Assembly (NCBI RefSeq): GCF_011386835.1
Contig: NC_088806.1
Span: 28,706,001-28,770,000 of the forward strand
Direction of reading: 5' to 3'
DNA: 64,000 nt
Source: Chrysemys picta bellii
Lineage: Eukaryota
Positions 1-13,538 of this stretch are shown here, piece after piece. The notes under the pieces were generated by a model, which saw only the letters and a program-made list of their open reading frames with translations, had not been told where the DNA came from and did no database searches. Position numbers and translations under genes: made by a program. How positions within the stretch are numbered: position 1 is the stretch's first letter; every line of letters starts with the position of its first letter.

Positions 1-3000
1 TTGGGATTAGTGAGATCCCAAGTCACACACCACAAATTGGGCACAGACCCAATGCTGACAGTGCAGCAGGGAGCTAAAGAGGGCCACGGGTGTACAGTGC
101 CATCCCCAGGGGAACACCAGGCCAGGTCCCTTATAGCTGTCCCAGGTGAACGCTGAAGGTGCCTTTTGGAGGAGGGAGATAGTTGGGTTGGTTTCGTCGC
201 CCTGGCCAACAATTCCCCTCTTCTCCCCGGGTCCCAGTGGCCCAGGGCTGCCCCTGAGCTCAGAATGGTGGGGGGGTTTACATGCACTGCGGAGGGGGTG
301 CACCCCAGTGACAAGTGAGGTGCCATGGAGGATGAGAAGCCTGCTTCTCTTCATTCTTCAGCAATAGTACAGCCCCAAGAGGCTTAGCCAGCCCCTCTCT
401 GCAGGCGTGGGCGGGTGAGCGAGACAAAGAGCCAAAATGTCAACGCTGCAAATGAAGTGACAGGCAGCAGGGACTGAAAAATGAAGAGAAACAGGCTTCT
501 CATGCGCCATGCATGTTCAATGGCACTTACACGTCACTGGGGTACGTGCACCGGGCCAGTCCCCTTTACCTCTCCCCGTGGCCGGGGGGGGGGGAGATGC
601 ACCTGGAGCCGATCTCTCTGCCGACGTTCTTGTGATCACAAGTGGAGTAGAAGACATCGCCCAATGCATCGGTATGGAGGATTTGCTCGGGAACGTCCTT
701 GTTCTGGTGCCTTTGATCTGTCATGCAAAGAATACAAGAGACTTTGTGAACAGCCCTCATGGTGCCCCGGAGGATCCTGGCCACGCCCAGAGCCCTTGGG
801 GAAGACAGGGGCTGGCAGCAGCCCCTGCTCCCCGAGACACTCCAAAGGGACAGGATTGGAGCATTTTGCCATTAGTAGAGGTTGGGGAAGAGTCATAGTT
901 TGCGCGGCTAGAGGGAAAGATCCCAGGAGACCCCAGTTAAGCAGCCCCCTCTCTGGGGTTTCAGGTTTGGTTTGTACAGTCCAAAGAACACCAATAAACG
1001 AACCCCCAGCACAGCCTCTGGCCACGTTCCCTGCACGGGGCGTCAATGCTTCAATAGCAAACACGGTGCTTCAGCTTCTAGGCAGCAGCTCCTCCACCCC
1101 TTCCCCCAATGCTCTAGGCGGTTCTGATCTTCACTGAGCTCAGCCGCACGTAATGACATCCCAGCTGGGCAGCATCACTCTGGCCTGACTCTGAGAAATC
1201 CTGCAGGGATTTGACTCCCCACAAAACACGTGCCACGTGTGTGCCCATGAGCCGGGGGAGGAATCTCTGCAGAGACCTGTACTCCCTCTCCAATCCCAGC
1301 TGTGCCTGGCCTTTTGTTCCCCACAAATTGAACCCTGACAGTGACCAAGGTTGAGCTTTCCTAAGGGGCTGAAGGGAGTTTGCATCCCAAATCCAGCTGA
1401 AATTCACCAGGGAGTGAGTGCCTAACTCCTTTAGGCTCCTTTGAAACCCCCTTGCCAAAGCCATTTCCCCCAGTGGCCGGAGGAAATGACTCCCGCATTG
1501 CTGACTGCAGTGGGTGGAGGAGCTGCATTCCCCTAAGACGGCCTGATCTGGTTGCCACTGACACCAATGGTAGTTTGGCTTTGGACTCCCATGGAAGCAG
1601 AGGGGATTCAGAGCCAGCTAGTGTTCAGGCTGGATGACTATGCTCCGCCGGAAGTTGCCGCAGTTTATGGATTCAGGTCACACCTCACAAGCCAGGCAGA
1701 ATGACAAGTACATGCCCCATAGCCATCTCCTCACCTGACTGCATCTAGGGAAAGCAGGAACTGCTTCTCAGCACACAGTGCCGCACGCTGGCCAAGGGCC
1801 GAGCCACAGGCTCCAAGCTTTCCTCCCACATTCAACAGCAGAGGCTGGTGGGAGCAGGAAAGCAGCGGCGCTGGCAACTGAGAACAAACCGAGAGAGAGA
1901 GGAGAAAGAAACCCTCCCAAGGAGGTTAGGAAACGGCTTATTTACCCAAAAGAATGAAGCTAGCAAGTGTTCAGACTAAACAAACACATTTTTTTAAAGT
2001 GCTCCATACTTTGCCGGAGGGGTTCAGTTGTCAGCTCAAGGGTTTGTTACTGTGGGGGTTCCCATGGCTCCAGCACAGGCATCTAGAGCATGAGGGCAGT
2101 GCCTTGGATTGGGAAGAGTGCATCAGTCCTCACCGCCCCGTTGGCATGGCCCCTTCAAGCTGCTTGCACCAATGCCAAACTCACCTGGCAGTTACCAAAT
2201 AGCAGCCACCGGTACCAGCCGAAGGACAAGAGCGCTTGGAGCCAGACTTTCAAAAAGAGCTTAGCTCCCATTTAGGGTCCTACGTAAGTGGCCAGATTGT
2301 CTAAGGAGCTCGGCGCGCTGGGTGCTGAACTCTCAGACGCTGGGCGCTGCTGGGGACTGAGCACCATAGAGAACCTGGCCCCAGTGGTGGTTGCTGAGCC
2401 CTTGAAAATCCAACGCAAAGCGGCAGCTAAGCTAGCCGAGTTTTCCCTTCGGAATTTCTGCAGCACAAAGGCTTGAGCCTGCAAGATGCTGCGTGCTCTT
2501 CAGCCCGCAAAGGGCCCCCAACACCTCACAAAGGCAGGCCCAATGGCTTCAGTGTGCCAAACACAACATGGGAGCCAGTCCGGGAGCTTCAGTTCCACTG
2601 GCTAACTTCCAGTCACAAGTGGATTTTCAGTGCTGAGATAACTTCCCACCATCCACACCTAAAAACAAAGGTACTGGAGGGGGAACCAGACATGAACCAC
2701 TGACACAACTTGTAAATCCAAGCGGTAGAGGATCTAGGACTCCAATCCTTCAATTGGAGTTGGAAGACCACAGTATCCCCAACACCACCACCACAGTGAA
2801 GGAGACGCAGTAATTTACCAGCCTTGGCCCTTAATATCCTTCTTGATAACAAAGGAGGCAGATGAGTGAGAGATTAGAGTTACTAATCCCCCAATAAAGA
2901 AAGAATTCTAAAAGCTGGACATTGTGTTCCCTTTATATATCTGTGCACGGAGGGACAGATGGGGAGTGAGTGCAAACAGAAACTTAAGACCTTCCCTATG

Positions 3001-3883
3001 ACGTAGTCCATCATTTATTTTTTAAACAACAGGGTATTTTATTTCAGCAGCAAAACATGTCCTGTACCTAGGAGTTCCTCAATTCTAATCCCAGCGTTGC
3101 CACCAACTCCTGGGATAGATTTGCACCAATCTGTGTCTCAGTTGCTCTGTCCCTTAAATGGGGATGACAGCATGGACCAGTCACTGGGTTGTCGTGAGGA
3201 TCAATGCTTGCAAAGCATTTCCTGAGGATGTGGCGTGCCATTAGGGTTTAAGTCCAAAGATGTTGTTGCAATTCACAGAACCTTCTGGGATCCCACTGAG
3301 AAAGAAGGGAAGGTTGGGGCTCCACAACACTGTGGTCTCCCCTTCTAGATTGCCTGACATTTGCTGCTACCTGAGGTATTTCAAAGGCAAAAAGCTGGCT
3401 CTTTGGGACCCTATGAATAGGACATGGACAAGTGTTTCCAGTGGCAGGGCAGATTCTGCAGCCTCTGGAGGAAGAGTGGGGAAGGGTTCCGCCATAGATG
3501 ATGGAGTTCCACCATCTCCTTGGACACAGCATCAAGCCAGAAGCCGTTCACCAGCTGGGGGCAGGAAGAAGGTGGCCACCAGTGTGACGGATGTTTTGCC
3601 TTCCTTGGAAGCAACAGTTGGTGACCATTGCTAACTAGTCATTCATCAGGCTGGAGTCGTTGCTGGGTAGGGGAGGGTGGACCTGGTGGGACCAATAATA
3701 GAGTAATGCAAAAACAAACAGATACATTTTTCTGATTGGGAGCCGGTTCCCATTCACCTTAAATGATCTCAGACCATGGGCTCCCTCCCTCTGGCGCTGT
3801 CTGGTTACAAAAACCACGACACCGGTGAGACAAAGAGATGAATTCAAACAGTTGTTTTCAAGTATATGTATCAAAGAAAGTTT

Positions 3884-4015
3884 CCCTAGTGGTTAAAGCA
3901 GCAGGACGGGGAGTCGGGACTCCTGAATGTACAGCTGTCATTGACATGGGGTGCGACCTCAGGCAAGTGAGTTCGCTTCGTTCTGCCTTCATTCCCCCAT
4001 CCGGGTAAGGCTGTT
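3884..4015 (+). mobile_element. MIR/CORE-SINE-like
   Basis: TAGTGGTTAAAGCA A box, GTGCGACCTCAGGCAAGT core. Confidence 0.55.
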
Positions 4016-5727
4016 CCTTGCCTCATGCCCAGCACCCTGGCATCAGATCCCAGAACGTGCTCCCCATCTCCCACTAGAGCAGATTAAAAGGTGTAATTCA
4101 CCAGAGTTTGTAAATGGCCTCGAGCTGCTTGAAGGTAAAGTACTTCAGTTGAACTGATCGCTGTCATTACGCTTATTACGAAAGTGCTGCCCAGCCGGCA
4201 GCCTTTCCAACACCCGCCTTGAGCAAACAGGTCGCATTTCCCCTCTGCATGCCAAGTGAGCCCCGGGAGATGCAAATGTCGGGATTTCTCATAAAGGCCT
4301 GCCCACAATTGATTCCTTGCTGTGGCATGCCAAGCTCCTTTGATATTTATTTAATGACTGAATAATGGCCAACACTTTAAAAAGCCTCTGAGAACGGGAT
4401 AAAGAGTCATTCATCAGGCTGGAGTCATTAACGGAGGGGGGGGGGGAAGGAGGAAGGTGTTTGGCTCAAGTATTCCACATCTTCTCTAGCTGTTCAAGGG
4501 TTCTTCTCAACACCCCATCCCAGTCGTTCTTGGAGCTACCATTTGTCCAGAGGTACTTTCTCTGCCAAGCCTCTCACTGCCGGGTTTCTGAGGCCTGGTG
4601 GGAGCGGGTTAGTCAGTCTTTTGCTAAACCGTCTTGCGTATGGAGTGGTGGCCAGAACAAAATGGGACTGGCTGCCCGTTGTAATTAGGTAGACTTTAGT
4701 GCACTGTGACACTGTCTGCACAGACAGCCAGACCCTCCTCTCCCCCACCGAACCTTTTTTTAGGGAAAACTCCTCTCAGATGTGTTGTCTGAGACCAATC
4801 TGACTGCACCAGTTCCATTCTTCCTCTCTGCATTATTGTACTGCTCTCCACCCGGCACAGACCCCCAGTTCCTCTGCCTCCTTCTCTCCACATTCCCCTT
4901 CTTCCCCCTTCCCACATCTGCTCTCCCAGTTCTCTGTCCTGCTTTTTCCTTTACTCTGCTTCCCTCTCCCCCTTTTCATCAATGGTGAAATGCACTTCGG
5001 TTGCTCACTCCACCTGCCCTCACACCTGGCTTCTGGAGGAGTTGATTCATGGCAGGATCAGCTGGATAGGGAGTACAGATAGAAAAGTCAACGGAGGGCC
5101 TTTTAAGTATTGCTCATAGAACTGACTTTAACCTTAAAAAGCCTGGCCAGCCATGCCAGATGACCGCCAAGTGAGGAGCACTAAATGATTGGAGAGAAAA
5201 ACACTTGACGACCAAGCATAAGACCAGACTTGATCCGAGTACCGCAACGTCCATCCCTCAGTAGCTGAATGCACGGTGGAGACCCACTTGCATGTTGGAA
5301 TCTCAGCGGCAGTGATCAGGAGATCCTCCCAGCCTGTTGGCAGCAGCTGAATCTGCCTCCAAGTGCTGAGCTGGGCTGGGCTATGTTAGTGCGTTTTGTT
5401 TGGGACCCACACTGCAGTAGTTGCAGGGTCCCACAGCTGCTGTTTTCATGTATGCTTACATACTTTTGGTAGGGGCTGATCATTTGATGCCCTACTGCAC
5501 AGCACTGAATTGGCTGGACTGCTAGAAGGCACTCCTGCCAGAATTTTTTTTTTTTTTAATCCAGTAAAACCAACAAAACATGAAAATAATTGTTGCCACA
5601 CCCAGGAATTAGTGGTATAAGTTTGAATTTCCCCCACGCTACTCCTCTGAAAGCTAGAAACAAATAATAGCTCTCAGTCAACAGCCCGTCAACTGAAAGA
5701 ACAGATTCATGGAAACCTACTCTGTAG

Positions 5728-6510
<783 letters not shown>

Positions 6511-9500
6511 GACTTCCGGCACAGAATTCTGTACTGCTCCCTAGCTTTTCAGATTTTGAGACCGTTCCCATAATGATTTACAGGATGATTAGCTACTTTT
6601 TTGTCCATAAGACATTATTAAGTCTTGCTATTTGTTTTGTCTTCCTGTGTGTTTGTAAGTTTTAAAGAGCAAAAGCTTTTTCTGAGACTCTTGCAAACTG
6701 AGCCTGGCACTATAAAATCAGTGAGGTGAACACAGAAAACTAAATAGCACTTCATATTTCTAGCAACATTTAAATGCAGCATGTTATTGATTATTCTATT
6801 TGAGCATCTTTGGAAATTTCTGATAGGATAGTAACTTCTGTACGCAATTCTGAAGGTTATCGCTCCTTAACTGTCCATTGTAGGGAGACAAGGTGGGTGA
6901 GGAAATATCTATCTATACACAGGGATAAATTCCACCACATAAATTATTCAATTTGATGGCAACATGTTTCTGTGCTCTCAAAAAGTAACTGCATCTTGAA
7001 CAGCATCAAAGGAGAAGATGGGGATGCAGGATTTTAACTATAAAGAGCAACGCTGCAGTATTTTTGTTCATCTAGCGAAATTTTCTTATAGAAAGTCAGT
7101 TTATACAAAAAATGCATTTTCCACATCCATGAAAGGTGCAAAATCAGAGGCATATATTTACTAGTCAGTGAAATCATAAAAATATCAGACCCACAATTAG
7201 AATGTTATCCAATTTAATTCTTTTTTAGATCACTTGTGTATAACAATTAGAATGTAACTGTTCCTCTAAAGATCTCCTAAATTTTCATTTGGCTACCAAA
7301 AAAAAATGCTTGTATTCACTTACTGTTACTACTAATAGAGTTATATATAAGAAACCTGTTAAATACTCATTTTGCCTGATCAGGAGTAAATCTGATGCTA
7401 CAGTACTATTTAACAACTCTGTTTTGTTATTTTTAAAACCTTTGCTTACAATGTCTGTGACAATGAGATCAATCCAAGGAAGCCCCCATCCAAAACCAGA
7501 ATTCTTTTGAGAATCAAAGTAGTTCACTTTTGGTTTAAAAAGTTTGGTTTTGCAATTTGCAATTCGTCCCAGCATAGATACCAATATGCAGAGAGCAAGG
7601 TTATTCGCAGGGATTTTCCTAGCCTGGCTGAACCCAGGACATTTTAGAAACTTTGCGGACAGGCCAAAAAATGAACGTTAGGGAGCCCGCCCGAGCTTCC
7701 TGAACAATCCACCCTCCATCAGCCTTTCAAATCTCCCAATCGCTACTTGAAATGATGCACGTATTTCTTTCATGAATGGGAACTTTGCTTGTATGGATAA
7801 TTCAGGATGTGGTCTCACAGCCTGATCCAAGTCAACAGAAGGTCTCCCCATTTTCTCTAATAGGTTTGGATCAGGTCCCAAGTGCATACATATTAGAACC
7901 TTAAAATTCATGTTAAAAAGAACTGAAAGGAACCCACCGAAAATTCGGAACGACCTTCTTCTTCAGCCAATTCTGCTGCTCCCAGTTGTCCGTTAAGTAT
8001 GTGCGAAAACATGATTGTTGTTGCTGCTGCCTTCACCTCCCACTAGCTTCCCCCTTTCCCTCCCGCTGCCCCACACCAAGTCAAAATCCCGTATTTGTGG
8101 CAACACAGCTGGTTGCTGTGGAAATTAGTCGATGACAGACAGTTTAGGGACTGTAAAGAGCAGCAGCGAAGAGTCCGATTTCTGTAACAAGTATCAAGAG
8201 ATGCAAAACGCAGGGGCAGGAGGGCAACATTCTTGGCTGGTGGAATGTGCTTTTCGAAGATCTACACAAACTGTTCGCTACTTTCCAGGGGCCTGACAAA
8301 CCCCCAAAGGCAAAAGAGACTCGTAGGTGTTGGCTGTCACTGTCATCCGCACCCTGGGGAAATCAACGTAGGGAGTGAGGGGGGAGAGAAGAGAATTGTG
8401 TGACAGCCCAGATTTTTTAGCGTCAGTAGGCTCCCTTTATGCGTTTGTGGCTTTAAAGCCTGATCCAATGTCAATGGAAAGATTTCAATGGAATTCACTG
8501 GACACTGGATTGGGCTCTTCAAGCAGATTAGTGTTACAAGTAAGCAAGTCCTTTAATTTCCTAATACTTGGTTTTTGCTGTGTGTGGAGTTGGAGATCTA
8601 TTGTTCATATATTTTTGGTAGTAGTTTAATGGGACAAATATCCCCATGACTGTACGAACAATGGCACTCTGTACATTAGGATTTCCCCCAATCATATTCT
8701 ATTCGGTCGCAGCCAAACTGGCTTTTTGCAGGGGTATGACTGGTTTAGTTCTTGCACAGAGGGGTCTTTAAAATTACACACCCTCTACTAAACTATCAAC
8801 ATAGCACAGTGGACATGAGGGAGTCTAGAGTGGCGGTGAACAGCAAATATTGTTAGCAGGGTCATGGAGTAAAGACTTGATGAGAAATTACCTATATGGC
8901 AAAACAGATAGGCACTTCGGGGACAGGGAAGACAAAGCGTTAGGGATATCTCAGAACCCCGTGCACCACTCCTCCAACAAGCCAGACTTGAAACTACCAA
9001 AAACGGAGGTCTCTTGAGTGTTTTGGTACTAGATGATAACAGAGAGTAGCTAGGAAACAAGAGAATCACCACCATCCCACCTTGCAAAAGCAAGCCATTT
9101 AGGACAATATGAAACACAATTAAGGCCACAAAGTTGAAATATCAAAGGCCCTTGGCTCCACCATCACCCCTTAAAAAGGTAATGGTATGTGACTATCTCT
9201 GCACAGTGGTAGGGTGGTTTCTTTAAGAGTGTTTTCAGTTTTGACTCTGTTAACTGGGGAAAAAGAGGGTGAACCCCAACTCCAAAGTTAAATAACCAGG
9301 TGAGGGTGAAACAGGCAAAGTGAGTCACCCTGTCATTGACAACTAATCCTCACCTGTCTGCATTCAAACAGAACTCCACCAATTATTACTATTTTGCACT
9401 CTTAACCTAGCCCTATAAATGTCTATCTTCAATTTGCCCATCGAGTCCCCATCTGGAAGGTATTTTATTTTATTTTTACAGCTGTGTTTTGAACTGTTGG

Positions 9501-10911
9501 AATAAATCTGTGTTTTGCTAGGGAAATGCTAACAGAAGCTTAACTATAAAAAGGGTAATGGTTCTGCTATAATGCAGATTTATGTGAGCAACTGAATATG
9601 AAACTCAAACATTTCAGTCCCAAATGAATAAACAGTTTGGCTGCAGGAGCTTACAGTGTTTCTCCTTCCTCTTTGCTAATTTAATCCAAGTGAATTACTC
9701 ACTGCTGTGTGCTTGGAAATGGCTGTTTCCTGAAGGCATTCTGCATATAGACAGCCAGCTGCAGAACGACTCGAAATAGAAAGGGGTTCAAAGTGGGGCT
9801 CTCTAAAGGAATTTCTCTTGGGTGGCCTGTCAAAATAAGCAATCTGCGTGTCAAAGTCTCTGGAATATGTACAGCGGAGGACAGGCGGGTGAAAGAGCCT
9901 TAGGTGACCCAATACTCCAGGTGGGTGAACTTCACCCAGAAGTAAGATACAAAAAGCTTCTCTACAAGTGGCTCCATTTGTCTAGACCTCAATTCTTGCT
10001 AGATGGGCTGATGTACGTCTGGACAAAGAGTACAACCACCAGGAAGGATTTGTCTCCTATTGAAATTTGTCTCCTACTGAAAAGCTAATTCAGAGCAAAA
10101 GGGAATGTGCAACTACACTTATACTATTTATCTTGAAGTAAAAAAACCCCACAACCACCTGGACACAAAGTAAGTCAGGAGAAAAACTACAGCTCAAAGC
10201 TACTCAAAATCTACAGCTAGCTTCACCCTTATTTAACTTACATTTAAGAGAACTCAAGAGACTCTGATACACTAGAGATTCAGCTACACTGTAACTTGTA
10301 ATCATTTTTAACACGTTAAACAAGATTGAAAACTGTAGTGCAGACAAACAATAAATGTTTATGCTAGTTGTTTTTAAACCCTAGGTTTGTTGCTAGCCAT
10401 TTTTAACCCTAGGATAGAACGTGACTTGTACCATATTTTTTTCTTTATCTACACTACAATTTACAGCATGTTAATATGCGATTACAAACTATAGTGTTGC
10501 CAAGTCTTTAGTGACAGATTTGTTAAATGTTGATGAATGATGGGTTGAAACAACAGTACCACCTTTGGCTAACAATACAAACTGTACAGAACCATTTTCT
10601 CTCTCTTCTTACACGCAGACAGAGAGAGAAAATCCCCAACACACCACCAAGCAAAAAACAAAGCATAGAAACCTCTCTGCCACTAGGTGTCATTCTTTCT
10701 TCATTGAGGAACTAGCACAGGTTTGGTAGGTCAGCCTCAAAGCTTTCTTGAAGTTCCGATCTTTGTAATTTAAGAAAGTTTAAAATGATCTTGTGGGCCA
10801 ATGTTCTCATTTCTTCTGTTCTTTCCAAGACATAGAAGTGTTTTAAAACTTGACAGCAAAGGAAAATAAAACAGAGAGGGAGCAATTTCACTCTAAAATA
10901 AAACAAATGTT

Positions 10912-10917
10912 TTTATT
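10912..10917 (-). terminator. Probable USP28 polyadenylation signal AATAAA
   Basis: Minus strand TGCAATAAAAAC followed by U/GU-rich downstream tracts. Confidence 0.65.
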
Positions 10918-11434
10918 GCACATTTATAAAACCTGCATAGTCCTATCAAATAGGAATTCTCTTCCCCATTTATTCAGAACATTTTGGTTTAGTCTATTCA
11001 AATAAAACACAGACTGCCCTTAAAAAGTGTCCAACTGTGGTTCTCCCCCTCACTCCCCCAGTACATTTTTACAAAAAAAAATACAAATATACATGCTTTT
11101 ACGCAGGGCCGGCTTTAGGAAGTGCAGGGCCCAATTCAAACATTTTCAGCAGGGCCCCGGCAGGGATGACTAAAAAAAAAAAAAACCAAACCATGTAAAA
11201 AAAAGCCTTTCATTTCTTAGCAACCGGTTCCCTATAAAAAGTTCTGATTTAAGGGATGTGCCACAGTATGTATTTTTTGTACCAATAGGGTTACCATATG
11301 TCCCGGACGGCGATTTCGGAAAAATAAGTATGTATGTTAACCCTACCTACAGTTCTTTTTTAAAAAGATGGGCCTGAACTAGAAATGAGCTCCTTTTCAA
11401 GTGTGTGGGTCCCCACCACTCCCTGGGGGTGTGC

Positions 11435-11547
11435 TAGGGTGACCAGATGTCTTGATTTTATAGGGACAGTCCCGATTTTGGGGTCTTTTTCTTATATAGG
11501 ATCCTATTACCCCAACCCCCTTTCACACTTGCTATCTGGTCGCCCTA
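11435..11547. mobile_element. hAT-Blackjack/MER81-like MITE nested in the hAT above
   Basis: TIR TAGGGTGACCAGA / TCTGGTCGCCCTA; perfect 8-bp TSD GGGTGTGC. Confidence 0.85.
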
Positions 11548-11647
11548 GGGTGTGCACACGTTTGGGTCCCAGCTGCTCCCTGCCCCCCTCATTGAAGCAG
11601 GTGTGCAGGGTTACTGCCCTGGGAACTTCAGGGCACCACTGGACATG

Positions 11648-12045
11648 GGGCTGGCTGGAGGCAGGGTCTGGCTGCAGGCAGGGCAAGGAGTGCGGGGCTG
11701 TCTGGAGACAGGGGTGTGTGGGGCGGGCTGGCTGGCTTCAGGCAGGGAGACGGGGGTGCGGCATGGGTTGGCAGGGCTGGAGACAGAGGAGTGCGGGACT
11801 GGCTGGCTTCAGGCAGGGGGGTGCGGCACGGGTTGGCTGTAGACAGGGCAGGGGGTGCGGGGCTAGCTACAGGCAGGGCAGGGGGTGCGGGGCTGGCTGG
11901 AGACAGGGCAGGGGGTGCGGGGCTGGCTGGAGACAGGGGCTGGTGTGGGCAGGGCAGGGGGTGCGGGGCTGACTGGAGACAGGGGCTGGTGCGGGCAGGG
12001 CAGGGCAGGGGGTGCGGGGCTGGTGCAGGCAGAGGGTGCGGGTAC
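11648..12045. repeat. G-rich minisatellite, about 30-bp unit (GGGGGTGCGGGGCTGGCTGGAGACAGGGCA)
   Basis: Degenerate tandem copies, near-exact at 11881-11940. Confidence 0.85.
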
Positions 12046-13362
12046 AGCCCACCATGTACGGTAAGTGCCGCCTCCTCCTCCCTCCTCCACCGGGGTAGCA
12101 GCAGCAGTCCGGGGCTCGGGGGCTACCTAAAGGGCCCGGGGCTCCCCTGCTTCCACCGCCCTGGCCCTTTAAATAGCAGCGGGAGTCCTGGGGAAGCGGT
12201 GGGGCTCCAGCCGCTATTTAAAGGGCTGGGGCGGTAGAAGCAACGGGAGCCCTGGACTTTTTAAATAGCCCCCAGAGCCCCGCAGCCCTACCCCAGGGCT
12301 CCAGCAGTGGGGCTCTGGTGGCAATTTAAAGGGCCTGGGGCTCCATCCTCTGCTGGGAGCCCCAGGCCCTTTAAATTGCCCCCTGGGGAAGCTGGGCCAC
12401 CTGGGTACAGCACACCGGCTCTTGCCGGTACGCCATACCGGGGCTTGGGCGCGGGGCCCTCTTAGGGGTGGGGCCCGATTCAGGGGAATTGGTTGAATTG
12501 GCCTAAAGCCGGCCCTGCTTTTACGCTAACCTTAGTGTCCAATGCTCAATTTTCTCATCAATAACCTTGGGTGGAGGAGGAAATATTGTCAGATCCGGGA
12601 GGGGAATTCTCTTTGGGGATTTTGTTTTCTTTAACCAGTTACTGATTATTAGCACAGTGATACTGTGTACACTGTCACTATTTGCTTTTGTCTGTCTCAA
12701 AACAAGACATATTTGTTTGACTGTTAAAAAAACAAGAGACAACTTAACTTCCTGTTTGACTTCAATCAACTAAAATATGTATCTGCACACATGACTGCCT
12801 GCCTGCCTGTCTTGCATACACAGTGTGCCATCAATCCTCGCTGTCTCTCAGTCTCCCGACTCAGACTCCTGCCAGCCGTACTTTGCCAAGATCTGGATTT
12901 ATAAGCTCTTTCAGCTAAGAATTTAGAAAGGTGTGGATGTGTTTGCCAGAACCAAGCTAATAAATGTCACTGATTTGTCAATGAACCATTCTCTTGTGCG
13001 GCTGTTGTCACTGTCCCAAGTATCTTGCCTGAGGGACATTTTAGAAAGGGGCAAGGAATGGAGAGACAGTGCATTTTTTGTTGTTGTGGAGATGAGAAGC
13101 AGCTGTTACTGCCAGCCATATATTGTGCCATCTTACAACAGTGGTTCCTGCCCTTCGCATTCTCATTGACAATTGTATCTTAAGTGCAATACTGCTTTTC
13201 ATTCCTTTGTATTGACACCAAGAGCATGGTTTACATCTGGATATGAATCGTCTTTATCTACCTATTCTCCTCCCTCTCCCATTCGAATGTTGTCTGACAG
13301 CAGGATACTACGCCAATAGGTGGGTTCCTATGTACCGCATCTAGGGCTGGAAAGTTGGAAGT

Positions 13363-13538
13363 TTATTTGACAGTCACAGGTGCGGCCCCATGAATGGACT
13401 CCATCACGGCTGCGAAGCGGCTGCAGAGGTCGTAGGGGGAGTTGGGCCGGATCTTCGGCGGTTCTTTTAGAATGACGACCTCTGCAGAGCAGTCCAGGAG
13501 CCTGGGGAGCAGTTCGCCCAGCTTCGTTTGCAGGTTGG
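13363..13538 (-). CDS. USP28: USP28 terminal coding exon (...[27 protein letters not shown])
   Basis: 176 nt, TAA at 13363-13365. Confidence 0.96.

Larger units (their letters stand above)
11104..12517. mobile_element. Non-autonomous hAT DNA transposon (1414 bp)
   Basis: 16-bp perfect TIR CAGGGCCGGCTTTAGG; perfect 8-bp TSD CTTTTACG (11096-11103 and 12518-12525). Confidence 0.9.
10890..13362 (-). other. USP28: Probable USP28 3'UTR (about 2.5 kb, interrupted by a hAT element)
   Basis: U-rich sequence after the stop; no AATAAA or ATTAAA seen on the minus strand until 10912-10917 (apart from one overlapping the stop codon). Confidence 0.6.

Noticed and set aside
481-1137. 218-aa plus-strand ORF near an AATAAA at about 989
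   Set aside because: No recognisable domain, and overlapping ORFs in several frames are typical of GC-rich sequence.
3637-4426. CTGATGA in the 22-bp repeat as a hammerhead core or snoRNA box C
   Set aside because: No stem II followed by GAAA, and no box D or terminal stem in either copy.
7285-7584. 99-aa minus-strand ORF with GTAAG donors
   Set aside because: AT-rich, no clear acceptor and no recognisable homology.
7938-8012. Candidate exon as the TMPRSS5 N-terminus
   Set aside because: Only loose resemblance, and no TM, SRCR or protease exons found downstream in the window.
11385-12237. 195-aa and 173-aa Gly/Arg-rich ORFs
   Set aside because: Translations of the minisatellite inside a hAT element.
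13184-13191. GTGCAATA (miR-92 site) in the 3'UTR region
   Set aside because: It is on the + strand, antisense to USP28 mRNA.
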